Assembly (NCBI GenBank): GCA_964606485.1
Contig: CAZSGP010000004.1
Location: forward strand, 92,365 to 156,364
DNA: 64,000 nucleotides
Origin: an uncultured Planctomycetia bacterium
Lineage (GTDB): Bacteria > Omnitrophota > Gorgyraeia > 2-02-FULL-51-18
Direction: 5' to 3'
Below, in pieces: positions 18,185-27,601 of the stretch. Under the pieces are notes generated by a model. The model saw only the letters and a program-made list of their open reading frames with translations. It searched no databases and was not told where the DNA came from. Made by a program: the position numbers and the translations under genes. Each line of letters starts with the position of its first letter. Position 1 is the stretch's first letter.

Positions 18185-19453
18185 TTAATCCTTAAAGCGC
18201 TTCACAACCAGCGCCACGTTTTGACCGCCGAATCCAAAAGAATTACTCAAAACAGAATCGACTTTCGCTTTCCGCGCGTGATTGGGAACGTAGTCTAGAT
18301 CACAGTCCGGATCTGGGTTCTCATAATTAATCGTCGGTGGAATGATCCCTTCGCGGATCGTGAGCACGCTTGCGATGAGCTCCACCGCCCCCGCCGCGGC
18401 AATCATGTGTCCGAGCATTGATTTGATCGAGCTTACCGGAATCGACGAAGCACCCATTCCAAATACCTGCTTGATCGCCAAAGTTTCCACTTGGTCGTTG
18501 AGCTGAGTCGACGTCCCGTGTGCGTTGATATAATCCACGCCTTTTCCGGACAATTGCGCGTTTTCTAGAGCAAGCTTCATGGCGCTGATGGCGCCGCGCC
18601 CTTGCGAATGTGGATCGGTCAGCCGATACGCATCCGCCGTTGTTCCGTAACCGGCAAGTTCCGCATAAATCGTCGCCCCGCGTTTTTTAGCGTGCTCGAG
18701 CTCTTCTAAAATCAGTGCCCCCGCGCCTTCAGCAAGTACAAATCCATCCCGCGCTTTATCGAATGGTCTTGACGCTTTTTGAGGCGCATCATTTTGCGTG
18801 GAAAGAGCCGTTAAAAGATTAAAACCCGCGACTCCGAGCGGATGAATCATCGAATGCGCGCCACCCGTTAAAATCACGTCCGCTTCACCCCCGCGGATAA
18901 TTTCAGCGCTTTCCCCGATCGCTTGGCTCGACGCTGCGCACGCCGTTAGACAATTCGAAATAATTCCTTCCGCGCCGAAGTGATCCGCCAAATGCCGAAT
19001 CACCGCTTGAGGCTCTTGTTCGGCGAGAGACTGCGCATCCGCCATTTGAAGTGTGTTGCGAATATAAGACGCTGCGTCTACATGTTCGTGTCCGTTTAAA
19101 ATAGATTTTGAAATAATTGACGCGTAGCTAGGAAAATTAAACCCACCGTCTCCCGCCCCAAAATACACACCGAAGCGCTCAGGCTTAAAATGGTTTTTAA
19201 GTTTAGCGTCGTCGAATGCTTGCTGACTTGCCGCCAAAGCAAAATGACTATTGCGGCCGAGCTTCTTTTGTTTCGAAAAATCAAAATGCTTCACCTCACC
19301 GGCAATTTTGGTCGGAAACGATTTGGCGTTAAAAATGGAGATGGGCGCAATGCCGCTTTTTCCGTCAAGCAGTGCTTTCCAGGTTTCGGCCACGCTATTG
19401 CCAAGCGGTGTAACCGCTCCGATTCCAGTAATCACTACCCTTTTGAGAGACAT
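18185..19453 (-). CDS. Beta-ketoacyl-ACP synthase II-type ketosynthase (catalytically intact)
   Basis: The catalytic Cys is present in LTACAAS, and both His residues are present in NAHGTST and [11 protein letters not shown]; 422 aa. Confidence 0.9.
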   Translation of the reverse strand: MSLKRVVITGIGAVTPLGNSVAETWKALLDGKSGIAPISIFNAKSFPTKIAGEVKHFDFSKQKKLGRNSHFALAASQQAFDDAKLKNHFKPERFGVYFGAGDGGFNFPSYASIISKSILNGHEHVDAASYIRNTLQMADAQSLAEQEPQAVIRHLADHFGAEGIISNCLTACAASSQAIGESAEIIRGGEADVILTGGAHSMIHPLGVAGFNLLTALSTQNDAPQKASRPFDKARDGFVLAEGAGALILEELEHAKKRGATIYAELAGYGTTADAYRLTDPHSQGRGAISAMKLALENAQLSGKGVDYINAHGTSTQLNDQVETLAIKQVFGMGASSIPVSSIKSMLGHMIAAAGAVELIASVLTIREGIIPPTINYENPDPDCDLDYVPNHARKAKVDSVLSNSFGFGGQNVALVVKRFKD

Positions 19454-19456
19454 CGA

Positions 19457-20704
19457 TTAACCCTTAAACGTTTCAATGATCACGGAAGAACTGGGTCCTC
19501 CGAGACCAAAACTTGTAACCAGCGCGCGCTGAAGCGGCACAGATACCGCATTTTGTTTCACCACTTTAAAATCAAATGGAATCGCCGCTTGTTCGAAATT
19601 TTGAATCGGTCCGATTTGTTGCGCGTTGAGTGCCTTCACGGCAATCAGAAGATCGAGCGCGCCGGATACAAAACCGGTAAATCCTGTCACAGGCTTCGAC
19701 GCGCTCACCCAAGTCTCTTTCGAATGGCTTCCAAAATTTTCAGTGAGCGCCTTCATTTCCTGCCGGTCATCGGCAGCAATGCCGATCCCCGACGCCTGAA
19801 TGTACGAAATATCTTTTGCGGTCAACCCCGACTTTTGAAACGCCGCTCGAATCGCATGCGACTGTCCGTCAGATGACGACGAACCGTATCCGGCCACTTT
19901 GGCGTAAATCGTCGCACCGCGTTTTCTGGCGTGTTCGAGTTCTTCAAAAACTAGAAAACAGGCGCCTTCACCCGGAACCAAGCCTTGTGCTTTGTGATCA
20001 AACGGCCGGTACAATTTTTTTGGATCTTTTTGGCCATTTTTTTCGGAGAGACTCTTCAAAGACGCGTACTGCGAATACCCAACCGGATTAATTTTTGATT
20101 CGGCACCACCGGCAAGCATCATGTTCGCCGTTCCGCGCTCGATAATCCGGCAAGCTTCTTCGACCGCTTGAAGGCCGCTCGACGCTCCCGTCGTGATGGT
20201 ATTGCTCGGACCTCTCAAATCAAAAAGAATTGAAATGTGACAAGCGGGCATATTGGGCAAATATTTTAAAAGCCAGAGTGGAAAAAGTGCGTGGAGCCCT
20301 TCTTCGCCAAATCGCTCTAAACTTAAATCACCCTTTTCGTCGTAGGAACTTTTAACCGATGACGCGAGTTCGTCTAGCTCGTGACTCAGGACACCGGCAC
20401 CGACCGTGATTCCCGCCTTGTCGTGATCGAGCTCTGAAAGATTAATCTTAGAGTCTTCCATCGCGAGTTTCGCAGCCCCCACGGCCATTTGAATATCGCG
20501 GGCCATGACTTTGATAGACTTGCGATTGGCAATGTAGCGCTCAGGATTAAAATCCTTGAGATACGCTCCCGTTGGATTCCAGCCGTCAAATGACAAATCT
20601 TCAATCGCAGAGCGCCCGGAAATCCACGCGTCCCAAAGCGGCGTAACCCCTTCACCAGCGGCGCTTAAAACGCCTAAGCCTGTGATCACCACTTCGCGCT
20701 TCAT
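19457..20704 (-). CDS. Ketosynthase homologue lacking the Cys-His-His triad (chain-length-factor / KS-beta-like)
   Basis: Full-length KS fold of 415 aa. The aligned positions read TITTGASSG (no Cys), IQASGIGIAADD (no His) and KPVTGFTGFVSGA (no His). Confidence 0.75.
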   Translation of the reverse strand: MKREVVITGLGVLSAAGEGVTPLWDAWISGRSAIEDLSFDGWNPTGAYLKDFNPERYIANRKSIKVMARDIQMAVGAAKLAMEDSKINLSELDHDKAGITVGAGVLSHELDELASSVKSSYDEKGDLSLERFGEEGLHALFPLWLLKYLPNMPACHISILFDLRGPSNTITTGASSGLQAVEEACRIIERGTANMMLAGGAESKINPVGYSQYASLKSLSEKNGQKDPKKLYRPFDHKAQGLVPGEGACFLVFEELEHARKRGATIYAKVAGYGSSSSDGQSHAIRAAFQKSGLTAKDISYIQASGIGIAADDRQEMKALTENFGSHSKETWVSASKPVTGFTGFVSGALDLLIAVKALNAQQIGPIQNFEQAAIPFDFKVVKQNAVSVPLQRALVTSFGLGGPSSSVIIETFKG

Positions 20705-21177
20705 CGGGCTTCACTCGCTTGGGCGACTTCCATGACTTGGTAATGCTCCATAAACCCTTCATTAAAAACAATTTTTTTGTCCTGCGACGCATCTAGCGAA
20801 TCAATGCTCATTAAAAGAATTTCGGCACTTGCCACTTTTTCGTCTTCGCACCAGACTTCGCCCCTGACCACCGCGCCGCTTTCGCTTTCTTCACGCAGTT
20901 CCACCTCGATTTCCAGTTTACAAGGAGGTGTCACCGCTTTATAAAATTTTGATTCCGAAATTTTCACCAAAATCACTTCTTTTTTAAATTCGAGCCCTAA
21001 CCCAAACAAAACGCCTCCCGTTTGCGCGATCATTTCTACAAAAAGCGGCTCGGGAACGCGTGGGTTGCCTGGAAAATGTTCAGCAAAAAAATCTTCTTGG
21101 CCCGAGTATGCTTTTAAAGCACGGGCGTAACTTCCCTTTTTTAGAACTTCAAACTTGTCGACTAAATGCCAGCGCAC
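20701..21177 (-). CDS. FabZ/FabA-like 3-hydroxyacyl-ACP dehydratase (hotdog fold)
   Basis: HFPGNPRVPEPLFVEMIAQ matches the dehydratase active-site motif HxxGxPxxPG. Confidence 0.75.
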   Translation of the reverse strand: MRWHLVDKFEVLKKGSYARALKAYSGQEDFFAEHFPGNPRVPEPLFVEMIAQTGGVLFGLGLEFKKEVILVKISESKFYKAVTPPCKLEIEVELREESESGAVVRGEVWCEDEKVASAEILLMSIDSLDASQDKKIVFNEGFMEHYQVMEVAQASEAR

Positions 21178-21479
21178 AAAGCCACCACATGGTCTTTGGA
21201 ATTGACGAAGCGGATTTTAAAATTTCTTTTACGCGAAGAAGATAGAATCTGAATATTTTTGAAGCCCTCGGTTCCCATCCAGGGTTCGTGTCCGGCTTTG
21301 AATGCCGCTTCTTTAGCGGCCAGAAGTTTGGCTAAATTTTTGTAAGGACTGCGGTGTCTTGAAATGAATCGGATTTCTTTGGAGTTAAAAAAGGATTCCA
21401 GGCGATTTTGGTGATTTTTGTAAAACTCGCGGGCTTTGCGGTATTCCACCAAATCCACGCCCAGAGAAATTTTTTCCAC
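21162..21479 (-). CDS. acpS: Holo-ACP synthase (4'-phosphopantetheinyl transferase, AcpS type)
   Basis: ISLGVDLVEY and LAAKEAAFKA match the AcpS motifs. The start is placed at the GTG at 21479, 5 nt after the ACP stop. The longer ORF reaching 21593 would overlap the ACP gene by >100 nt. Confidence 0.55.
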   Translation of the reverse strand: MEKISLGVDLVEYRKAREFYKNHQNRLESFFNSKEIRFISRHRSPYKNLAKLLAAKEAAFKAGHEPWMGTEGFKNIQILSSSRKRNFKIRFVNSKDHVVALCAGI

Positions 21480-21484
21480 TTTTT

Positions 21485-21883
21485 TTAGGACTTTGTGACG
21501 GCTAATTTCTCCGTAAGGTAATCCACAATCATACCGACCGTGAACACGTCGCCGAGATTGGCGACAACAGGATTTTTGGAAAATTCCGTCCATTTTCCAC
21601 TGGGAATTCTTTTTTTGAGTTCTTCTAGGCCTGCCGACGTCACACGCCCTTCTTTGACGAAGTTCGGATCCGTCAATAATTTCTCAGGAAAGAGCTCGCC
21701 CTTCGGAATTTTAATTTTAAATGCTTTTTCCAAACGAAAAACAATGTCCAGAAAATCAATGGACTCGGCGCCCAGATCTTTAATGAGCGAAGCTTCAAGT
21801 GTGATCTTGGCTTCCTCGGCCCGCAAGGCTTGGCCGATAATGTTTTTAACTTGTTTGATAATTTCTTGCTTATCGTTTGTCAC
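21485..21883 (-). CDS. Acyl carrier protein with ~55-aa C-terminal extension
   Basis: The phosphopantetheine attachment context DLGAESIDFLD lies in the first ~70 aa. The total length of 132 aa is unusually long for an ACP. Confidence 0.7.
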   Translation of the reverse strand: MTNDKQEIIKQVKNIIGQALRAEEAKITLEASLIKDLGAESIDFLDIVFRLEKAFKIKIPKGELFPEKLLTDPNFVKEGRVTSAGLEELKKRIPSGKWTEFSKNPVVANLGDVFTVGMIVDYLTEKLAVTKS

Positions 21884-21900
21884 GTGCTGAAAACTCCTTT

Positions 21901-22644
21901 TTATTTACGCCCCAGAAGGCTAATGCCCCCATCCACCGTAAAAATTTGTCCGGTGATGTAGCGCGCCTTTTCCGAAGCCAAAAAGCAAACCATGTCCGCT
22001 ATTTCCTGGGGCAATGCAAAACGCCCCAGCGGAATTCTTTCTTTAATCTTGTCCCCAAACGCGGAGCGCGCTGCTTCCGACATTTGCGTTTCCACCATGC
22101 CGGGCGACACCGCATTCACCGTCACGTTTTTCGAAGCCAGTTCCGACGCGAGTGATTTTGTAAACGCGTTGATCGCTCCTTTTGACGCCGCATAATTGGT
22201 CTGGCCAACTCCGCCAAGCTCTCCCACAATCGAGGAGAGATTGATAATAGCGCCTTGACGCTGAGAAACCATGGGCCGCGCTGCCACCTTACAAAACCGG
22301 TACACGCCGCCGAGATTGGTCTCCAGAACGTCCTGCCAATCTTCATCCGAGAGAGTTAAAAAAAGCCCGTCTTTGATGATGCCGGCATTATTCACCAAAA
22401 TATCGATCCGCTCTTCTTTCGATAAAATTTGATCCACACAATCGTCGACACTTTGAGCGTTTTTGACGTCACAAACGATGGCGCGGTCGAGCGGCAATTT
22501 CAATTTCTTTAAAAGAACTTCGGCGTCGGTCTTTGACTGACGCACCGTAAAATAAACTTTAGCGCCCTGCTCGACGAGGCCTTCTACAACCGCGGCGCCA
22601 ATTCCCTTCGAGCCGCCGGTCACAAGTGCCACGGCTGTACTCAC
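21901..22644 (-). CDS. fabG: 3-oxoacyl-ACP reductase (SDR)
   Basis: VALVTGGSKGIGAAV Rossmann motif, NNAG, and the YAASKGAI catalytic YxxxK. Confidence 0.9.
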   Translation of the reverse strand: MSTAVALVTGGSKGIGAAVVEGLVEQGAKVYFTVRQSKTDAEVLLKKLKLPLDRAIVCDVKNAQSVDDCVDQILSKEERIDILVNNAGIIKDGLFLTLSDEDWQDVLETNLGGVYRFCKVAARPMVSQRQGAIINLSSIVGELGGVGQTNYAASKGAINAFTKSLASELASKNVTVNAVSPGMVETQMSEAARSAFGDKIKERIPLGRFALPQEIADMVCFLASEKARYITGQIFTVDGGISLLGRK

Positions 22645-23039
22645 AGCGCTTCGAGCTCCAATGTTGCGACAAAAACCTTCGCTTTTGTCTCGGGCGCTAT
22701 CAAATCAATCCGCCCTTCAAACCGGGCTTTGGATTCCTTTTCGTCTATAAGCCGAGAAAAAATTTTAAGCGTACTGCCCGGTTTTACAAAATAACCAAAT
22801 TTCACGTCCATAGCCGACACTAAGCGAAAATGACTGTCGCTTGTCTGTTTTTTTTCGGCTAAAAATTTTGCTGAAACTTGCTTCACAGCCTCTAAAAGCA
22901 GAACGCCCGGCATCACCGGGAACGATTCAAAATGATCCTGTAAAAACTCTTCGGACCCTTTGAGTGTAAATAAAGCCGTCATCGAGTCGGCACTCGCTTG
23001 CTCGACCCGGTCCACAAACGTAAATACTTTCAAAAACAA
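22641..23039 (-). CDS. Second FabZ/FabA-like hotdog dehydratase
   Basis: DHFESFPVMPGVLLLEA dehydratase motif; 132 aa. Confidence 0.7.
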   Translation of the reverse strand: MFLKVFTFVDRVEQASADSMTALFTLKGSEEFLQDHFESFPVMPGVLLLEAVKQVSAKFLAEKKQTSDSHFRLVSAMDVKFGYFVKPGSTLKIFSRLIDEKESKARFEGRIDLIAPETKAKVFVATLELEAL

Positions 23040-23102
23040 GCCTTTTGGTTAGATTACAAACCATCAATATAGCATGGGTTAGGGGCCTTGCCAAGAGCCC
23101 GT

Positions 23103-23867
23103 TTAGGAGTCAGATTTGGACAGTTCAGCCCGTCTTTGGGCCCTTAAATCTTGAACAGGATTGCCGCCCCAGTAGCTTCGGGGGGGCACTCGCGTGCCTT
23201 TGGGCACAAAACTGCAGGGCGCAATGGTCGAACCATCCCCAATTTCCACGTCCGGCATGATCACGGAGTTGATTCCGATCGAAACGTTATTCCCAAGCTT
23301 CGTGCGAGCCAGACGAATAAAACCCCTCTCCGACGCATGGCAAATGAGGGCCGTTCCTCCACCCACAAGAACGTGATCTCCAATTTCCAGTAAGGATAGG
23401 TCCGCCAGTCCTCCGGTGTTGATATTCACGCCATTGCCGACTTTGGCGCCCATCAGACGGTAAAACAAAGTTTGGAACGGAGAGATGCGTAGAACATCTA
23501 AAAAGGCGGCATTCGCAATGAGAATCATCGAGTTGTAGCCCATCCAGCGCAAAGACTCCATAGCGTGGATCTTGTACAAACCCGGTTCGATTCTAAACCT
23601 AAAAACATTTTTGGCGAGTACACAAACAAAAATTAGCGTCGTTCCAAATAGAAAATAGCCAATCCCCAGGGACATCGAAAACGCCAAAAGCTTGACCCAA
23701 ACGCCGTAGACACCGGTCGCTTTCCACACCCAATAGAAAAAAGCGATCATGGGGAAAAAGCTAAATCCCAAGATAAGGGCTGCTAAGAGATGCAAGCCGT
23801 AAAGCCATTGCTGGAATCGCTTTTCATCGGCTTTCGCCTGCTTCATTTTTTCATCGGGGGTTGCCAT
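23103..23867 (-). CDS. Membrane-anchored left-handed beta-helix (hexapeptide-repeat) acyltransferase
   Basis: N-terminal TM helices are followed by hexapeptide repeats (VGNGVNINTGGLADLSLLEIGDHVLVGGG..., IGINSVIMPDVEIGDGSTIAP). The start is uncertain: GTG at 23885 or ATG at 23867 or 23846. Confidence 0.55.
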   Translation of the reverse strand: MATPDEKMKQAKADEKRFQQWLYGLHLLAALILGFSFFPMIAFFYWVWKATGVYGVWVKLLAFSMSLGIGYFLFGTTLIFVCVLAKNVFRFRIEPGLYKIHAMESLRWMGYNSMILIANAAFLDVLRISPFQTLFYRLMGAKVGNGVNINTGGLADLSLLEIGDHVLVGGGTALICHASERGFIRLARTKLGNNVSIGINSVIMPDVEIGDGSTIAPCSFVPKGTRVPPRSYWGGNPVQDLRAQRRAELSKSDS

Positions 23868-23912
23868 GAGTCTGGATTTTAACACATAGAGATGTTAAAT
23901 TAACGCCTGAAC

Positions 23913-24662
23913 ATGAGCTCTCACAAAAAAACAATCTTTATCAGCGGTGGCACTCGCGGAATTGGGCGCGCCATCACCCTTTCCCAGGCATCGGAAAAAA
24001 CCTGCCTTCTTTTGAATTATCTCCGCGACGAAGAGTCCGCGCTTCAAGTCAAACACGACGCCGAAAAAAAAGGCGCGGAAGTTCATTTGTACGCAGGAAA
24101 TGTCGGAGACACTGAGAATGTTAAATCCATCTTTGAACTGGTTGCGAAAGACCATCCCCGGATTGACGGCCTCATTCACAGCGCAGCACTCGGCGTCTTT
24201 AAACCGGTGCACCAATTGCGGGCCAAAGATTGGGACATTTCGATGGACGTAAACGCTCGCGCGCTTTTAACGCTGACGCAAAGCGCCCTGCCGCTCATGA
24301 AATCGCACGGCGGAAAAATTATTGCGATTTCCAGTCTCGGCGCCGGTCACTACACACCAAACTACGGCGCAATCGGTATTTCAAAAGCGGCTATGGAAAA
24401 TTTAGTGAGGTATCTGGCCGTCGAACTTTCGGTATTTAAAATTCAAGTCAATGCGGTCTCTGGCGGCCTTGTCGACACAGAGTCTCTCAAGATGTTTCCG
24501 GATTCCGAGAAAATGAAAAAAGAATACCTCCAAAAAACTCCCGGTGGACGACTTGGTCAACCCGAGGACATTGCGAGCGTCGTCTCCTTTCTTCTCAGCG
24601 AACAAAGCAACTGGATCATGGGCCAAACGTTGATCGCGGACGGTGGCTATTCTCTCTCCTAA
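23913..24662 (+). CDS. SDR-family oxidoreductase (ketoreductase or enoyl-reductase-like)
   Basis: The FISGGTRGIGRAI glycine-rich motif and the YGAIGISK YxxxK context; 249 aa. Confidence 0.8.
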   Translation: MSSHKKTIFISGGTRGIGRAITLSQASEKTCLLLNYLRDEESALQVKHDAEKKGAEVHLYAGNVGDTENVKSIFELVAKDHPRIDGLIHSAALGVFKPVHQLRAKDWDISMDVNARALLTLTQSALPLMKSHGGKIIAISSLGAGHYTPNYGAIGISKAAMENLVRYLAVELSVFKIQVNAVSGGLVDTESLKMFPDSEKMKKEYLQKTPGGRLGQPEDIASVVSFLLSEQSNWIMGQTLIADGGYSLS

Positions 24663-25818
24663 TTTGATCTGGGACGTTCTTTTAAGTCTCATTGGCCTTG
24701 AGTGGTTGAGACGTGCGGTTTGGGTTTCACTTCTTAAAAAATCTCATCCTCCCCTCGAAGCGCGGCGATTTTTAAATCCCACGGCACCGTTTGTCTCCAT
24801 CATCGTTCCGGCAAAAAACGAAGAAGCCAATATCGAAAAATGCTTAAGCTTTCTTTTTAAACAAGATTACCCTAACTTTGAAATTATCGTCGTTAATGAT
24901 CGTTCAACTGACCGCACGGGTCAGATACTGGAAAGTCTTTCTAAAAAATCTCCGGTACCCATAAAAGTATTAACGATTGAAAAATTACCTCCTGGCTGGA
25001 CAGGTAAAAATCATGGCATGTTTGCCGCGTCAAAAGCCGCGCAAGGTGAATGGATTTTATTCACAGACGCGGACACTACCCATGAGCCCCTGTCGCTTGC
25101 CACAGCTTTGGATGAAGCTCTCACCAAAAAAATAGATTTTTTAACACTGTCTCCTGAAACGGAGAGTCACTCGTTTTGGGAAAAAACGGTTCAACCTCTC
25201 GCGGCCTCAAGCCTCGCGCTGTGGTTTGACCCACACAAGGTGAATGATTCCAAAAACCCAGTCGCCTTAGCGAATGGTCAATTTATTCTCGTCAAAAAAT
25301 CGGTTTATGACGCTTCCGGCGGCAATGAAGCGGTAAAAACTGAAGTCGTGGAAGACGTCGCACTCGCGCGACGCACCCGCGCCATGGGCTACTCGGTGTA
25401 TTTCCTAAACGGATCGCGTCTATATTCGACCCGGATGTATTCGTCGCTTTCGGAAATCATCACGGGTTGGACGCGGATTTTGATTTATCTTTTTGATAAA
25501 AATATCCCAGCAATTTTACATAAAATATTTTTATTTTTATTTTTTTCGATTCTGCCTTTTGCAATCGCGCTCTTTGAAAGCATCGCATGGTTCTCCAACC
25601 GAAGCGCTTTTAACGCGCCTCTTTTTGTGGGAAGCCTGCTGGTTTGCAAACTGATTATTGCGCTCCGATTTATCGGAAATAAACTTGTGAAAACAAATCC
25701 CTGGTTTTCATTTCTGCACCCGGTCGGGTCGCTTGTGATGACGTGGATTTTACTGATTTGTATTTGGAGAATTCTTCTAAAAAAATCGTCAGTGTGGCGC
25801 GGAGATTTTTACAAGTAA
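24643..25818 (+). CDS. Family 2 glycosyltransferase with C-terminal multi-TM domain
   Basis: The GT-A features VSIIVPAKNEE, IIVVNDRSTDRT and FTDADT (DxD-like) are followed by several TM helices. Confidence 0.75.
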   Translation: MAILSPNLIWDVLLSLIGLEWLRRAVWVSLLKKSHPPLEARRFLNPTAPFVSIIVPAKNEEANIEKCLSFLFKQDYPNFEIIVVNDRSTDRTGQILESLSKKSPVPIKVLTIEKLPPGWTGKNHGMFAASKAAQGEWILFTDADTTHEPLSLATALDEALTKKIDFLTLSPETESHSFWEKTVQPLAASSLALWFDPHKVNDSKNPVALANGQFILVKKSVYDASGGNEAVKTEVVEDVALARRTRAMGYSVYFLNGSRLYSTRMYSSLSEIITGWTRILIYLFDKNIPAILHKIFLFLFFSILPFAIALFESIAWFSNRSAFNAPLFVGSLLVCKLIIALRFIGNKLVKTNPWFSFLHPVGSLVMTWILLICIWRILLKKSSVWRGDFYK

Positions 25819-25821
25819 CTT

Positions 25822-25868
25822 TCCTCCCTTTACCAAGGGGCGGTGTCCGCCTCAGCGGACGGAGGGGT
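25822..25868. repeat. Family-B structured palindromic element, copy 2
   Basis: CCTCCCTTTACCAAGGGGCGGTGTCCGCCTCAGCGGACGGAGGGG. Hairpin 2 carries compensatory changes relative to copy 1 (GTCCAC/GTGGAC becomes GTCCGC/GCGGAC). It sits between convergent stop codons. Confidence 0.5.
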
Positions 25869-25871
25869 GGT

Positions 25872-26675
25872 TTAGTCCGATGTGTTATACACTCTCATTA
25901 AATGCCGGTTAGCTACTTCTTTAAATTCCTCGTCTCTCTCTAAATCCACTCGCAACTCTCGATACGCGTAAGAACCGGTCAGCTGGTCATCCCAGTCGTA
26001 AAGCTTCATTTCCGACGGCAGTCCCGTTGTTTCCTCAAATACCGTCTCAACGCGGTAGGCAAAATAATCTTCGTCATCTGTCGTGTCCTCAAACGTCACA
26101 CGCGTCGCGGCTCCAGAGTGTTCTACTTTCAATTTATGCTGTTCGTACGCTTTTAAAACCGCCTTCGAAAAATCATAAAGAAAAGTTCCGATCCCTGCGT
26201 CTTCAATGTTATAAGAGCCGCTTCCTTCCCGAATCCACGGACTGTTCTGCTCTAAAAAAATCACCGGCGCAAACCCAAGCAATAGCCCTGGCTTGTGAAT
26301 GGCCAGTTTGTTGTCATGCTTTCCGCGCTCATAAACAACTTGCAGCCCTTTTTTGTGAGTATTCATCCAGCCCATAAAAAGTTTAAAGGGTTTTTCGAAT
26401 TTGAATAAAATTTTTTCAGTGGCTCCCATTTTTCCATCTTTGTCGAGCTCCGTTTTTTCAAAAAGCGCCTTATAATTTTGAAGTGAGTCGTAGCGCAGCA
26501 GTGCCTTCTCCAAGTTTTCTGCTAGACGGATCTCATCCGGATTCTGAGAAGATAACCTCAGCGCCGCAAGCCCTGCCGAGAGATCTTGAGAGGAAGACGC
26601 CAATACCGCCGGTACGCTCAAAAAAAGAAAGACTCCTAAAAAAATGGAAATCGTATAGGACTTTTTAGAGCTCAC
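25872..26675 (-). CDS. Secreted hypothetical protein
   Basis: Signal peptide MSSKKSYTISIFLGVFLFLSVPAVLASS; 267 aa; no recognisable motif. Confidence 0.4.
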   Translation of the reverse strand: MSSKKSYTISIFLGVFLFLSVPAVLASSSQDLSAGLAALRLSSQNPDEIRLAENLEKALLRYDSLQNYKALFEKTELDKDGKMGATEKILFKFEKPFKLFMGWMNTHKKGLQVVYERGKHDNKLAIHKPGLLLGFAPVIFLEQNSPWIREGSGSYNIEDAGIGTFLYDFSKAVLKAYEQHKLKVEHSGAATRVTFEDTTDDEDYFAYRVETVFEETTGLPSEMKLYDWDDQLTGSYAYRELRVDLERDEEFKEVANRHLMRVYNTSD

Positions 26676-27601
26676 TTTAATTTTTCCAGAAATTCGAAAA
26701 TTCTTTTTTCATACGCTTCGCGCGCCACAGCTACCGATTGATTGTGCCGCGCCTCCGGCACAAACAAGCGTTCGTACCCGGAACGCTGACCGGCAAAACG
26801 TTCGAGTAGCCGTTGATGGCTTGTCGTCACGTAGTCGTCATTTTCGCCATGAATGAGAAGAAGGGGTTTTTTTCGACGGCCTAGAAGGGACTCGGCATCC
26901 ACAAAACGGGTCTTAGATTGTTTTTGAGAGTACCAAAACCCCAGATTTGCGTACAAATTAACGACCCACTCCGGAAGTCGTTCGCCGATAAAAGCGGGTT
27001 TCACAAGCATCGGCGCCCAGCGGCGAATGTATTCTCTAAAAATTTCTTTCATCGAAAAAAGACCGTCACAGATAACACCTTTCACGCTCTCCTCCATACT
27101 CGCAGCGCCGAGTGCCATGTTCGAGCCGTTGGACACGCCAAACAAATAAATTTCCGATGACGCGCCGACCGCTTTTTTAGCCCATCGGATCGCCGTGACA
27201 AGGCGTTCGACATCGTCCTGGCAGGGCCACTGAGCGAGAGCTTGCGAAGGACTGCTGGGATCAGACGGTTTTAAATCAACGCTCAGAACATGAAATCCCC
27301 AGCCCGGAAAAAAGAAGGCGTATTTTTCCCAGGAATCTTTGGAGGCGCCTGATTCGGGACAAAAAATAAGCGCTTTCTGAGAGCCTTTATTTTCAACGAA
27401 GTGTGCCTGAATCTCATGACCTGCCGAATCCAAAATCGAAATTTTTTCGCCGCGGCTTGACGAAAAATTTTCTATTTGAGGCTCGTACACAAGCCCTAAA
27501 AAAATCCGGCTAATTAGACTCGTGTACTTAAAAAGAGAGTGGATGAAATAAATAGCCGGCACGAGGACTGCCACCGCGATTAAAATCCTAACCACGTTCA
27601 T
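26672..27601 (-). CDS. Membrane-anchored alpha/beta-hydrolase
   Basis: N-terminal TM followed by the GVSNG nucleophile elbow (GxSxG). The ATG at 27601 overlaps the tatC stop as ATGA. Confidence 0.6.
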   Translation of the reverse strand: MNVVRILIAVAVLVPAIYFIHSLFKYTSLISRIFLGLVYEPQIENFSSSRGEKISILDSAGHEIQAHFVENKGSQKALIFCPESGASKDSWEKYAFFFPGWGFHVLSVDLKPSDPSSPSQALAQWPCQDDVERLVTAIRWAKKAVGASSEIYLFGVSNGSNMALGAASMEESVKGVICDGLFSMKEIFREYIRRWAPMLVKPAFIGERLPEWVVNLYANLGFWYSQKQSKTRFVDAESLLGRRKKPLLLIHGENDDYVTTSHQRLLERFAGQRSGYERLFVPEARHNQSVAVAREAYEKRIFEFLEKLK

